Assembly: GCA_965219015.1 (NCBI GenBank)
Contig: CBDCNH010000013.1
Location: 727,474-791,473, forward strand
Direction: 5' to 3'
Length of the DNA stretch: 64,000 nt
DNA from: Paracoccaceae bacterium
Lineage (GTDB): Bacteria; Pseudomonadota; Alphaproteobacteria; Rhodobacterales; Rhodobacteraceae
Part shown: positions 54,464-63,480 of the stretch, piece by piece
How positions within the stretch are numbered: the stretch's first letter is position 1
Layout: each line of letters opens with the position of its first letter
Program-made: the position numbers and the translations under genes
The notes under the pieces: generated by a model
Told to the model about the DNA's origin: nothing
The model's input: only the letters and a program-made list of their open reading frames with translations
Databases searched by the model: none

Positions 54464-56347
54464 ATGAGCGATCTCGAACCCATCTCCGACGCCGGGCCCG
54501 AGCCGATCACCGGCCACGCGCTGATCCAGTCCTGCCTCCGGACGCTCGACGGCTCACCCGGCGTCTACAGGATGCTCGATGCCCAGCAGCGGGTGCTCTA
54601 CGTCGGCAAGGCGCGCAACCTCAAGGCGAGGGTGTCGAACTATGCACGGCCCGCCGGACACTCGGCGCGGATCGCGCGGATGATCCGCGAGACCGCGTCG
54701 ATGATGTTCCTGACGACGCGGACCGAGACCGAGGCCCTGCTCCTCGAGCAGAACCTCATCAAGCAGCTGAAACCGCGCTACAACGTGCTCCTGCGCGACG
54801 ACAAGTCGTTCCCCAACATCCTGATCGCCGAGGACCACCGCTTCCCGCAGATCAAGAAGCACCGCGGCCGCAAGACCGAGAAGGGTCAGTATTTCGGCCC
54901 CTTCGCCTCGGCGGGCGCGGTGAACCGGACGCTGACGCAGCTGCAGCGCGTGTTCCTGCTCCGCAACTGCTCGGACGCGATGTTCGAGGCGCGGACGCGG
55001 CCGTGCCTCCTTTACCAGATCAAGCGCTGCTCGGGCCCCTGCGTCGGGCACATCGGCGAGATCGAGTACGGCCGGCTGATCGACGACGCGGAGCGGTTCC
55101 TCTCCGGCCGGACCACCGTGGTGCAGGAGGAGCTTGCGCGCGAGATGGACGCGGCGGCGGCGGCGATGGAGTTCGAGCGCGCGGCGGCGCTGCGCGACCG
55201 CATCCGCGCGCTGACGCAGGTGCAGTCCACCCAAGGCATCAACCCCAAGGGCGTCGCCGAGGCCGACGTGATCGCACTTCACGTCGAGGGCGGGCAGGCC
55301 TGCGTACAGGTGTTCTTCATCCGCGCCAACCAGTCCTGGGGCAACCACGACACGTATCCCCGCACCGGCTCCGGCGCCGGCGAGGCGGAGATCCTGGAGG
55401 CGTTCCTCGGGCAGTTCTACGCCGACAAGATCCCGCCGCGGCTGATCCTGCTGTCGCACCCGATCGAGGACGCCGACCTGATGGCCGAGCTCCTCTCGGA
55501 GCGCGCCGGGCGCCGGGTGGAGATCGCGGTGCCGCAGCGGGGCGAGAAGGCCGAGCTCGTCGAGAACGCCGCCCGCAACGCCCGCGAGAGCCTCGCGCGC
55601 CGCACCGCCGAGAGCGCCAGCCAGACGCGGCTCCTCGCCGGGCTCGCCGAGGCGTTCGGGCTCGAGGCGCCGCCGAAGCGCATCGAGGTCTACGACAACA
55701 GCCACATCATGGGCACCAACGCCGTGGGCGGCATGATCGTCGCGGGGCCGGACGGGTTCGCGAAGTCGCAGTACCGCAAGTTCAACATCAAGGGCCCCGA
55801 CCTCGTGCCCGGCGACGACTTCGGGATGATGCGCGAGGTGCTGACGCGGCGCTTCGAGCGGCTCCTGAAGGAAGACCCCGACCGCAAGGGCGAGACCTGG
55901 CCGGACCTGCTGCTGATCGACGGCGGCGCGGGGCAGGTCTCGGCGGTTCACGGCATCCTCGAGGATCTCGGCGTCGAGGACATCGCGATGGTGGGGGTGG
56001 CGAAGGGCGTGGACCGCGACGCCGGCAAGGAGGAGTTCCACCGCGCGGGATCGCGGCCCTTCGCGCTCCGGCACAACGACCCGGTGCTCTACTTCGTGCA
56101 GCGCCTGCGCGACGAGGCGCACCGCTTCGCCATCGGCGCGCACCGCGCCAAGCGCGCCAAGGCCGTGGGCGCCACGCCGCTCGACGACATCCCGGGCGTG
56201 GGTGCTGCGCGCAAGCGCGCGCTCCTCGCGCATTTCGGCTCCGCGAAGGCGGTCGCGCGGGCGGGCCTGCCGGACCTCAAGGCAGCACCCGGCATCTCTG
56301 CCGCGATGGCGCAGGCGGTCCATGACTACTTCCATCCGCAGGGGTGA
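54464..56347 (+). CDS. uvrC: Excinuclease ABC subunit C
   Basis: GIY-YIG motif [25 protein letters not shown], a UVR domain ([11 protein letters not shown]), an endonuclease domain, and C-terminal HhH ([13 protein letters not shown]). Confidence 0.95.
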   Translation: MSDLEPISDAGPEPITGHALIQSCLRTLDGSPGVYRMLDAQQRVLYVGKARNLKARVSNYARPAGHSARIARMIRETASMMFLTTRTETEALLLEQNLIKQLKPRYNVLLRDDKSFPNILIAEDHRFPQIKKHRGRKTEKGQYFGPFASAGAVNRTLTQLQRVFLLRNCSDAMFEARTRPCLLYQIKRCSGPCVGHIGEIEYGRLIDDAERFLSGRTTVVQEELAREMDAAAAAMEFERAAALRDRIRALTQVQSTQGINPKGVAEADVIALHVEGGQACVQVFFIRANQSWGNHDTYPRTGSGAGEAEILEAFLGQFYADKIPPRLILLSHPIEDADLMAELLSERAGRRVEIAVPQRGEKAELVENAARNARESLARRTAESASQTRLLAGLAEAFGLEAPPKRIEVYDNSHIMGTNAVGGMIVAGPDGFAKSQYRKFNIKGPDLVPGDDFGMMREVLTRRFERLLKEDPDRKGETWPDLLLIDGGAGQVSAVHGILEDLGVEDIAMVGVAKGVDRDAGKEEFHRAGSRPFALRHNDPVLYFVQRLRDEAHRFAIGAHRAKRAKAVGATPLDDIPGVGAARKRALLAHFGSAKAVARAGLPDLKAAPGISAAMAQAVHDYFHPQG

Positions 56348-56512
56348 TGCGCGCGCGGCCGGAATACCGGCAAATCATTTCCAAGGGGCCTGCTCGGAGC
56401 TGTGGTCCCCGGATCGCCGGCGCCCTCCCGCATCCTGCCCGGCGGGAGCCGGCGCACGGCGTCGCTCGGCCGCTGACCTTGCAGACGGCCCTCCACGCGG
56501 TGGCGGCCTCGA

Positions 56513-56550
56513 CGAACGAGCATCTCCCGGCGCCGGGAGATGCCCGTTCG
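56513..56550. repeat. 38-bp near-perfect palindrome downstream of uvrC
   Basis: CGAACGAGCATCTCCCGGC|GCCGGGAGATGCCCGTTCG has 19-nt arms with one mismatch. No U-tract follows it. Confidence 0.8.
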
Positions 56551-56667
56551 TGGTAAGCCGCCGATCGTCACGCCCCGGCAAAGCGCTGGACACGTGCAAG
56601 GCTTCCGGTAGGCTCGCTGTCATGACCGGACGCTGTTGAACGAGCCGGGCGAAAGACAACGGGGGGG

Positions 56668-58143
56668 ATGACTTTGACCTTACGAAGGATGCTGACAGGT
56701 GCGGCGCTCGCCGTGCTGACCGCGGGGCCCTCGGTGGCGCAGGACAAGCCGTTCGAAGGGGTGACTGTGAACGTCATCACGCAGACCGGCGCGATCCAGG
56801 AGCCGCTCCAGCGGCGCGCGCCGGAGTTCGAAGCCAAGACAGGCGCGAAGATCAACGTGATCGCGGTGCCGTTCTCGGATCTCTACCAGAAGATCCTGAC
56901 CGACTGGGCGAGCGGCACCAACTCGGTCGATGCCGCCGTCTACGCGCCGCAGTGGATGGTCGATTACATCGCCGGCGGCTACCTCGAGGATCTGACGGCG
57001 CGGGTCGCGGCGGACAAGGACATCCAGCAGGACGATGTCGGCGCCTTCTTTCGCGACTTCTCCGAGAAATACGACGACAAGATCTACATGATCACCCTCG
57101 ATGGTGATTTTCACATGATGTACTATCGCAAGGACGTACTGGACGCTGCCGGCAAGACGCCTCCGACCACGTGGGACGAATACCTCGACGTGGCCAAGGC
57201 CGTGAACGGCCAGGACATGAACGGCGATGGCACGCCCGACTTCGGCTCCTGCATCGCCAAGAAGCGCAACGCCCAAAGCTACTGGTTCGTGACCGATGTC
57301 ATCGGCTCGATGGTCCAGTCGAAGGGCACCAGCCAAGGCACGTTCTTCGACACGGCCGACATGACGCCGCTCGTCGACAACGAAGCCTTTCGCAGGGCGC
57401 TCGAGTTCCTGAAGGCATCCACGGCCTACGGCCCGCCGGACGAGCTGAACCTCGACGTGGCCGACACCCGCCCGCTCTTCGCCTCGGGCCGTTGCGCGCT
57501 CAACCTCGACTGGGGCGACGTCGGCACGATCTCGATCGACCCGGAGCGGTCCAAGGTCATCGGCAAATGGGGCGCGGCGATCATGCCGGGGTCCAAGGAC
57601 GTGCTGAACTGGGAGACGGGCAAGCTCGAGGCCTGCACCTCCGAGATTTGCCCCCATGCGATCGACGGCGTCAATCATGCCCCCTTCGCGGCGTTCGGCG
57701 GCTGGGGCGGCGGCATCAACGTAGCGTCCGATCCGAAGGTCAAGGACGCCGCCTTCGCCTTCTTTTCCTTCATGACAGAGCCCGCGCAGTCGAACGTCGA
57801 CGTCACCATCGGAGGCACCGGCTTCAACCCGTACCGGACCTCGCAACTGTCCTACAGCGATCTCTGGAAGAAGGCCGGCATGTCCGAGGAGGAGGCGAAG
57901 GTCTATCTCGGCGCGATCCGGGACAGCTTGTCGAACCCGAACATGATCCTCGATCTTCGCATCCCGGAGAACCAGAAGTACCAGCAGATCGTGCTCGATG
58001 AAGCCCTCTCACGATTCCTGTCCAACGAGATCGACGAGGAGACGGCGGTCAAGGCCGTCGCCGACGGCTGGACCGAGCTCAACGAGGAAATCGGCGTCGA
58101 CGACCAGCTCTCGGTCTACAAGGCGGCGATCGGCGCGAAGTAG
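56668..58143 (+). CDS. ABC transporter extracellular solute-binding protein (family 1, sugar-type)
   Basis: Signal peptide MTLTLRRMLTGAALAVLTAGPSVAQD. 491 aa. First gene of a four-gene importer operon. Confidence 0.85.
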   Translation: MTLTLRRMLTGAALAVLTAGPSVAQDKPFEGVTVNVITQTGAIQEPLQRRAPEFEAKTGAKINVIAVPFSDLYQKILTDWASGTNSVDAAVYAPQWMVDYIAGGYLEDLTARVAADKDIQQDDVGAFFRDFSEKYDDKIYMITLDGDFHMMYYRKDVLDAAGKTPPTTWDEYLDVAKAVNGQDMNGDGTPDFGSCIAKKRNAQSYWFVTDVIGSMVQSKGTSQGTFFDTADMTPLVDNEAFRRALEFLKASTAYGPPDELNLDVADTRPLFASGRCALNLDWGDVGTISIDPERSKVIGKWGAAIMPGSKDVLNWETGKLEACTSEICPHAIDGVNHAPFAAFGGWGGGINVASDPKVKDAAFAFFSFMTEPAQSNVDVTIGGTGFNPYRTSQLSYSDLWKKAGMSEEEAKVYLGAIRDSLSNPNMILDLRIPENQKYQQIVLDEALSRFLSNEIDEETAVKAVADGWTELNEEIGVDDQLSVYKAAIGAK

Positions 58144-58209
58144 CCAGATGCCGCCGCTGTCGGCGCGGCCCCGGCCGCGCCGAGACATTTCCTCCACGCC
58201 ACGGGCCAG

Positions 58210-59346
58210 ATGACAGCGATCGCCACTTCACCTGTGGATGCGCCCCGCGAGACCTGGAGCGAGCGGCTTGATCGCCACTCCGGCCGGATCATGGTGCTCC
58301 CCGCCGTCATCGTGCTCCTTTGCTTCTCGATCTTCCCGCTGCTCATCTCGGCGTACCTGTCGCTCTCTCGGTTCACGCTGGCGCAGGGCGGATTCACGCT
58401 GAAGTTCGTCGGCATCCTCAACTTCAAGAAGCTCCTGACCGGGTCGCAGCAATATCATCTGCTCGGCACCTGGGGCGCGCTCGGTCTCGTGCGATGGCTC
58501 CTGCTGGCGCTCGTCGCGGCGGCGCTTCTTGCCGGCTTCGGCCGTTATCTGCGGCGCGGACGCTGGACGGTGGTGGGCGCGATCGGGCGGCTCCTCGCCG
58601 CGGCGGTCGTCCTCGCGCTGACGCTGGTCGCGGTCCTGACCTTTGCGCCGGGCGGAGTGCCGGGAACCATGTCGACGACGCTTTTCTACGTCGTGGTCGG
58701 CGTCCTCGTGCAGTTCGCGCTCGGCCTCGGACTCGCGCTTCTCTGCGGGCAGCCGATCCGTGCGCGCAACTTCTTCCGGGTTCTCTTCTTCGTGCCGCTC
58801 ATGGTGACGCCGGTCGGCATCGCCTACACGTTCCGGATGCTGGCAGACATGCAGAAGGGCCCCTTCGCGCCGCTGCTGCGCTACTTCGGGGTCACGGAAT
58901 GGTCCTGGGCGAGCGAGGCCTGGTCGGCGCGCCTGATGGTGGTCATCGGCGACACCTGGCAGTGGACGCCGTTCATCTTCATCGTCATGCTCGCCGCCGT
59001 CGAGAACCAGCCGCGCGACCAGGTCGAGGCGGCGCGGCTCGACGGGGCCAACGGCTTTCAGGTCTTCCGTGACATCACCTGGCCGGCGATCGCTCCGGTC
59101 GCGGCGACGGTCGTGCTGATCCGGCTCATCGAATCGTTCAAGATCATCGACCTGCCGAACGTCCTGACCGGCGGCGGGCCCGGTCTTGCGACCGAGTCGA
59201 TGACGCTCCACGCCTTCATCGCCTGGCGCACGCAGGATCTCGGCGCTTCGGCGGCGGTCGGCTACATGCTGCTGTTCATCGCGACCGTCGTCTGCATCGC
59301 CTTCTTCACCTTCGTGGTGCGGCCGGCGCGAAGGTTCGAGGCGTGA
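58210..59346 (+). CDS. Carbohydrate ABC transporter permease (MalF/UgpA-like, extended)
   Basis: EAA-type loop AARLDGANGFQVFRDITWP. 378 aa with extra N-terminal hydrophobic segments. Confidence 0.85.
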   Translation: MTAIATSPVDAPRETWSERLDRHSGRIMVLPAVIVLLCFSIFPLLISAYLSLSRFTLAQGGFTLKFVGILNFKKLLTGSQQYHLLGTWGALGLVRWLLLALVAAALLAGFGRYLRRGRWTVVGAIGRLLAAAVVLALTLVAVLTFAPGGVPGTMSTTLFYVVVGVLVQFALGLGLALLCGQPIRARNFFRVLFFVPLMVTPVGIAYTFRMLADMQKGPFAPLLRYFGVTEWSWASEAWSARLMVVIGDTWQWTPFIFIVMLAAVENQPRDQVEAARLDGANGFQVFRDITWPAIAPVAATVVLIRLIESFKIIDLPNVLTGGGPGLATESMTLHAFIAWRTQDLGASAAVGYMLLFIATVVCIAFFTFVVRPARRFEA

Positions 59347-60389
59347 GCCGCGAGACGCGCTCGCTGGCGCAACGCCTCTTCGAGCCGGCGTCGATCGACG
59401 AACAGGCGCCGGTGGCGAGGGTGCTGACCTACGCGCTCCTGATCTTCTGGTCGCTCGTGGTGCTGATCCCGCTCTACTGGGTCCTGATCACCTCGCTCAA
59501 GGGACCGGGCGAGGTCGACAACGGTCCGTTCTACGTGCCCTTCGTCGACTTCACGCCGAACGTCGACGCCTGGCGGTTCATGCTCCTGGAGAACACGTTC
59601 CTCGGACCCTACGCGAACTCCGTCGTCGTCGCCCTCGTCAGCACGGTGCTTGCGGTGCTGATCGGCGCGCTCGCGGCCTACGCGCTCGTTCGCATCCGGT
59701 TCGAGGTCAAGCTCGCCGGGGTGGCGATCTTCGTCCTGCTCCTGATCGCCGTGATCGTAGCGGTCGTGACCTTCGGCCTGCCCTGGCCGCTCGCCGTCAC
59801 CGTCGCGGTGGCGTTGTTCCTTCTCGCGCTCGCCACGCTTGTCGGGCGCACGCGGCTCGCGGTCGGCAATACCGACATCGAGTTCTGGATCATTTCCAAC
59901 CGCATCATGCCGCCGATCGTCGCGGTCCTGCCGATCTACGTGATGTTCCAGTCGTTGCACCTGCTCGACACCCGCACGGCCCTCATCGTCACCTACACCG
60001 CGATCAATCTGCCGATCGTGGTCTGGTTGACCCGCGACTTCTTCGCCGGCATCCCGATCGACCTCGAGGAAAGCGCCGAACTCGACGGCGCTTCGAAGTT
60101 CCGGGTCTTCTTCACCATCGCCTTGCCGCTGGTCCGTTCGGGGCTGGTGGCCACGTTCCTTCTGGTCCTGATCCTGGCCTGGAACGAGTATCTGCTCGCG
60201 CTCTTCCTCTCCAACGCCAAGGCACAGACCATGCCGGTGCTGGTCTCCGCGCAGAACACCACGCGCGGGCCGCAGTGGTGGAACATGTCGGTGCTGATCG
60301 TCGTAATGATCGCACCCGTGGTCATCATCGCCAGCGTGCTGCAGAAACACATTGCCCGCGGCCTGCTGGTCGGCGCGGTGAAAGGCTAG
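59343..60389 (+). CDS. Carbohydrate ABC transporter permease (MalG/UgpE-like with an internal insertion)
   Basis: EAA loop ESAELDGASKFRVFFTIALP. 348 aa. An insertion of about 60 aa with two hydrophobic helices lies between YALVRIRFEV and ISNRIMPPIV. Confidence 0.85.
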   Translation: MSRETRSLAQRLFEPASIDEQAPVARVLTYALLIFWSLVVLIPLYWVLITSLKGPGEVDNGPFYVPFVDFTPNVDAWRFMLLENTFLGPYANSVVVALVSTVLAVLIGALAAYALVRIRFEVKLAGVAIFVLLLIAVIVAVVTFGLPWPLAVTVAVALFLLALATLVGRTRLAVGNTDIEFWIISNRIMPPIVAVLPIYVMFQSLHLLDTRTALIVTYTAINLPIVVWLTRDFFAGIPIDLEESAELDGASKFRVFFTIALPLVRSGLVATFLLVLILAWNEYLLALFLSNAKAQTMPVLVSAQNTTRGPQWWNMSVLIVVMIAPVVIIASVLQKHIARGLLVGAVKG

Positions 60390-60393
60390 AACG

Positions 60394-61449
60394 ATGCGCG
60401 TGGCGCTGTCCGAAGTCCGCAAGTCCTTCGGCGCGATCGAAGTCGTGAAGGGGCTCGACCTCGACATCGCCGACGGCGAGTTCCTGGTGCTGCTCGGCCC
60501 CTCGGGCTGCGGCAAGACGACAGCGCTCCGGATGGTCGCGGGGCTCGAGTCGGTGACGTCGGGGCGCATCTCGATCGGCGAGCGCGACGTCACCCATGTG
60601 CTGCCGAAGTACCGCGACGCGGCGATGGTGTTCCAGAGCTACGCGCTCTACCCGCACATGACCATCGCGGAGAACATCGGCTATCCGCTGCGGCTGCGGG
60701 CGGTGGCGCCGCCGGAGCGTGCAGCGGCGGTGCGAGCGGCGGCGGGCAAGGTGGATCTCGGGGATCTCCTCGACCGATATCCGCGCCAGCTCTCGGGCGG
60801 TCAGCGGCAGCGGGTCGCGCTCGCGCGCGCAATGGTCCGCCGTCCGAGCGTCTTTCTGATGGACGAGCCGCTGTCGAACCTCGACGCGAAGCTGCGCGGC
60901 CACATGCGCTCCGAGCTCAAGCGGTTGCAGGTCGACCTCGGCGTCACCACGATCTACGTCACCCACGACCAGATCGAGGCGATGACGCTCGCCCACCGGG
61001 TCGCCATCATGAACCGCGGGATCGTGCAGCAGGTCGCCGAACCGCGTCAGATCTACGACGATCCGGCCAATCTCTTCGTCGCAGGCTTCATCGGGTCGCC
61101 GCCGATGAACCTCCTGGAGGGAGAGCTCGACGGCGGCAGCTTCAGGTTTCGCGACGGGAGCCTGCCGACCGCCATTCCGGGAAACCGCCCGAAGGTGACG
61201 ATCGGCCTGCGCCCGGAGGACTGCCAGATCACGGAGCCGGGCATCGGCGGGATCGCGGGGCGGGTCTATGCGCTCGAGCTCATGGGCGATCATACCCTCG
61301 TCACGTGCCAGCTCAGCGACACGATGCTGACCGTGAAAGCGGACAAGGGCGCCGACTTCAGGATGGACGATCCGATCGGCATTTCCTGCCCGGCGAATTG
61401 CGTGTTCCTCTTCGACACCGAAGGCGGCAAGCGTATCCGAGCCGCGTGA
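60394..61449 (+). CDS. ABC transporter ATP-binding protein (MalK/UgpC type)
   Basis: GPSGCGKTT, LSGGQRQRVALARA, FLMDEPLSNLD, and a TOBE-like C-terminus. Confidence 0.9.
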   Translation: MRVALSEVRKSFGAIEVVKGLDLDIADGEFLVLLGPSGCGKTTALRMVAGLESVTSGRISIGERDVTHVLPKYRDAAMVFQSYALYPHMTIAENIGYPLRLRAVAPPERAAAVRAAAGKVDLGDLLDRYPRQLSGGQRQRVALARAMVRRPSVFLMDEPLSNLDAKLRGHMRSELKRLQVDLGVTTIYVTHDQIEAMTLAHRVAIMNRGIVQQVAEPRQIYDDPANLFVAGFIGSPPMNLLEGELDGGSFRFRDGSLPTAIPGNRPKVTIGLRPEDCQITEPGIGGIAGRVYALELMGDHTLVTCQLSDTMLTVKADKGADFRMDDPIGISCPANCVFLFDTEGGKRIRAA

Positions 61450-61519
61450 ATTTCGCGCGTGCTCGGCAATCGCAGGGCCTGCCATCCGGTCGATCCGGGC
61501 GCAGCGTGACCCGCGTGTC

Positions 61520-61547
61520 GTGGGTTCAAGTCCCGCCTTCGTCACCC
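61520..61547 (+). other. tRNA 3'-end-like fragment (T-arm plus acceptor 3' strand), not a complete tRNA
   Basis: GTGGG-TTCAAGT-CCCGC forms a 5-bp stem (with one G-U pair) around a canonical TTCAAGT loop. It is followed by the 7-nt CTTCGTC, then A, then CCC. No complementary GACGAAG 5' strand lies within 100 nt upstream. Confidence 0.35.
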
Positions 61548-62275
61548 TTCGGGCCCAGGGCGTCGAGTGCCGCGCGCAGGGCCGCGACGCGCGCGCTGTC
61601 GGTGCATCGCGCGTTGCCCGGCTGGAAGCCGAACGCCGCGATGGCAGGGTCCGCCGGCGGGAGCGGGCCCGAACACGAGGCATGGACCTCCGTCAGAGGA
61701 AGGGACGCGAGGCGGAGCAGGCTCTCCGCCGTGATCCCGCTGCCCGGCATGATCGTCAGGCGTCCGGCCGCGGCCTCCATCATCGCGCCGAGACGTGCCA
61801 CGCCGTCGGCCGCGCGCGGGGCGCCCCCGGACGACAGGATGCGCGGGATGCCGAGCGCCGCCGCAAGCTCCACGGCTTCCACGGGATCGGGTGCCAGATC
61901 CACGGCGCGGTTGAGCGTGACGTCGAGGCCGTCCGCAGCGCGCAGGAGCCGCGCGAGGGTGGCGGCATCGAGGCGGCCGTCGGATCGGCTCGCGCCGAGG
62001 ACGACGCCACGGGCACCGGCGGCGCGCAGGCTGGCGATCTCGTCTTCCATCGCGGCGATCTCGGCGGGTGTCCACACGAAGTCGCCGGCGCGCGGGCGGA
62101 TCATCGCGAGCGCCGGGACGCCGGTGCGCGCCGCCGCGGCGACGAGCGCCGGCGACGGGGTAAGCCCGCCGAGCGCAAGCGCCGCGCAGGTCTCGAGCCG
62201 GTCCGCGCCGCCCCGGACCGCCGCCGCGAGGCCCTCCGGCGCGTCGACGCAGACCTCGAGGAGGATGCGCGTCAC
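61526..62275 (-). CDS. cutC: Copper homeostasis protein CutC
   Basis: MTRILLEVCVD N-terminus, IRPRAGDF, and a NRAVD-type (HRAFD-like) motif. The GTG start overlaps the MFS stop (GTGA). Confidence 0.85.
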   Translation of the reverse strand: MTRILLEVCVDAPEGLAAAVRGGADRLETCAALALGGLTPSPALVAAAARTGVPALAMIRPRAGDFVWTPAEIAAMEDEIASLRAAGARGVVLGASRSDGRLDAATLARLLRAADGLDVTLNRAVDLAPDPVEAVELAAALGIPRILSSGGAPRAADGVARLGAMMEAAAGRLTIMPGSGITAESLLRLASLPLTEVHASCSGPLPPADPAIAAFGFQPGNARCTDSARVAALRAALDALGPKGDEGGT

Positions 62276-63480
62276 GCCGTCGCCACCGGATGCCTGCGCC
62301 AGCCGTCGAGCACCAGGAGGATGACGCCGCCCGCGAGGCCCGCGGTCCCGGCAAGGCCCGCGGCCACCGGATAGCCGCCGATCGCGGTGCCGGCGGCGAA
62401 GACGGCGGCGCCGATGCCGGCGGCGAGGAAGTGGTTGACCGCCAGCAGCGAGGCCGAGAGGCCCGGCCGCCCGGCGATCAAGCCGAGGAGGTACGGGATC
62501 GGCAGCGTGATGATCGCCGCCGCGGCGATGCCGCCGACGACGCTCGCGGCATGGACCTGCACCATGCCGTGCGCGGTGGCGAGGCCGATGAGGTAGAGGG
62601 CGTAGAGCGTCCCGCTGACGGCGAGCGCGACGGGCATCGAGAGGCGTCGGCTCACCAAGGCCCAGACGAAGATGAAGACCACCTCCAGGAGGGCCACGTA
62701 GCCGACGATCAGCCCGACATCGGCGGTGGTGCCGCCCGCACGGCCGGCGACGATCAGCGGCAGGATCGCGGCGTTGACGTGCAGCACCGACGTCGCGAGC
62801 GCCACGCCCGCGAGGCGCAGCACGAGGCCCGGGGCGGCGAGCGCGGCGAGGCCGGCAAGGCCGGGACGCGCCGCGCGCGCGGCCTCGGGGCGGTCGGGGG
62901 GAAGCCCGGTCGCGAGGACGCCAAACCCCGCCGCCGCGAAGAGCGCGCCCGCGAGGTACGCCGGCAGCATCGACGCGCGGCCCTGGAGCGCCAGCCCGAC
63001 CGCGCCCGGCACCAGCACCCAGCCGAGGGAGACCGTCATCCTGAGGAGCGCGCCCACCTCCTCGGCGTCGGTGCGGGCGAACGCTGCGGCGTGGCTCTGC
63101 ACCTTGGCGAAGAGGAGGGCGTTCGAGGCGCTCCAGACGGCGAGCGGGCCGATCGCGGCGGCGGCGAACACGGCCGGCGAGGGGAAGGCCCAGACGGCGG
63201 CGAAGCCCGCGGCGCCGATGGCCGTGGTGGCGAGGAGGGCGGCGCGGTAGCGCGCGCGCCGGTCGGCGAGAAGCCCGATGCCGACGCTCGCCGTCACGTT
63301 CGCCACGGCCGCCGCGAAGATGACGGCGGCGTAGACCGCGTCCGGCATCCCGAGCTCGCGGATCGCGACGATCGCCTGGTAGGGCGAGGTGGCGGCGCCC
63401 GCGAAGCCGTAGAGCAGGATCCCGGCGGTGCCCGCGCGCACGACCCGGTGCCGGCGCAGGATCGGAAGGAAGGGTATCAT
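62272..63480 (-). CDS. MFS transporter (12 TM)
   Basis: 402 aa, hydrophobic throughout, with the LADRRARY motif in loop 2-3. ATGA overlap with the upstream gene. Confidence 0.8.
   Translation of the reverse strand: MIPFLPILRRHRVVRAGTAGILLYGFAGAATSPYQAIVAIRELGMPDAVYAAVIFAAAVANVTASVGIGLLADRRARYRAALLATTAIGAAGFAAVWAFPSPAVFAAAAIGPLAVWSASNALLFAKVQSHAAAFARTDAEEVGALLRMTVSLGWVLVPGAVGLALQGRASMLPAYLAGALFAAAGFGVLATGLPPDRPEAARAARPGLAGLAALAAPGLVLRLAGVALATSVLHVNAAILPLIVAGRAGGTTADVGLIVGYVALLEVVFIFVWALVSRRLSMPVALAVSGTLYALYLIGLATAHGMVQVHAASVVGGIAAAAIITLPIPYLLGLIAGRPGLSASLLAVNHFLAAGIGAAVFAAGTAIGGYPVAAGLAGTAGLAGGVILLVLDGWRRHPVATA

Noticed and set aside
61455-61547. A complete tRNA gene ending at the T-arm-like sequence.
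   Set aside because: No 5' acceptor strand complementary to CTTCGTC exists within about 100 nt upstream, and no D-arm or anticodon arm can be drawn. Only a 3' fragment is present.
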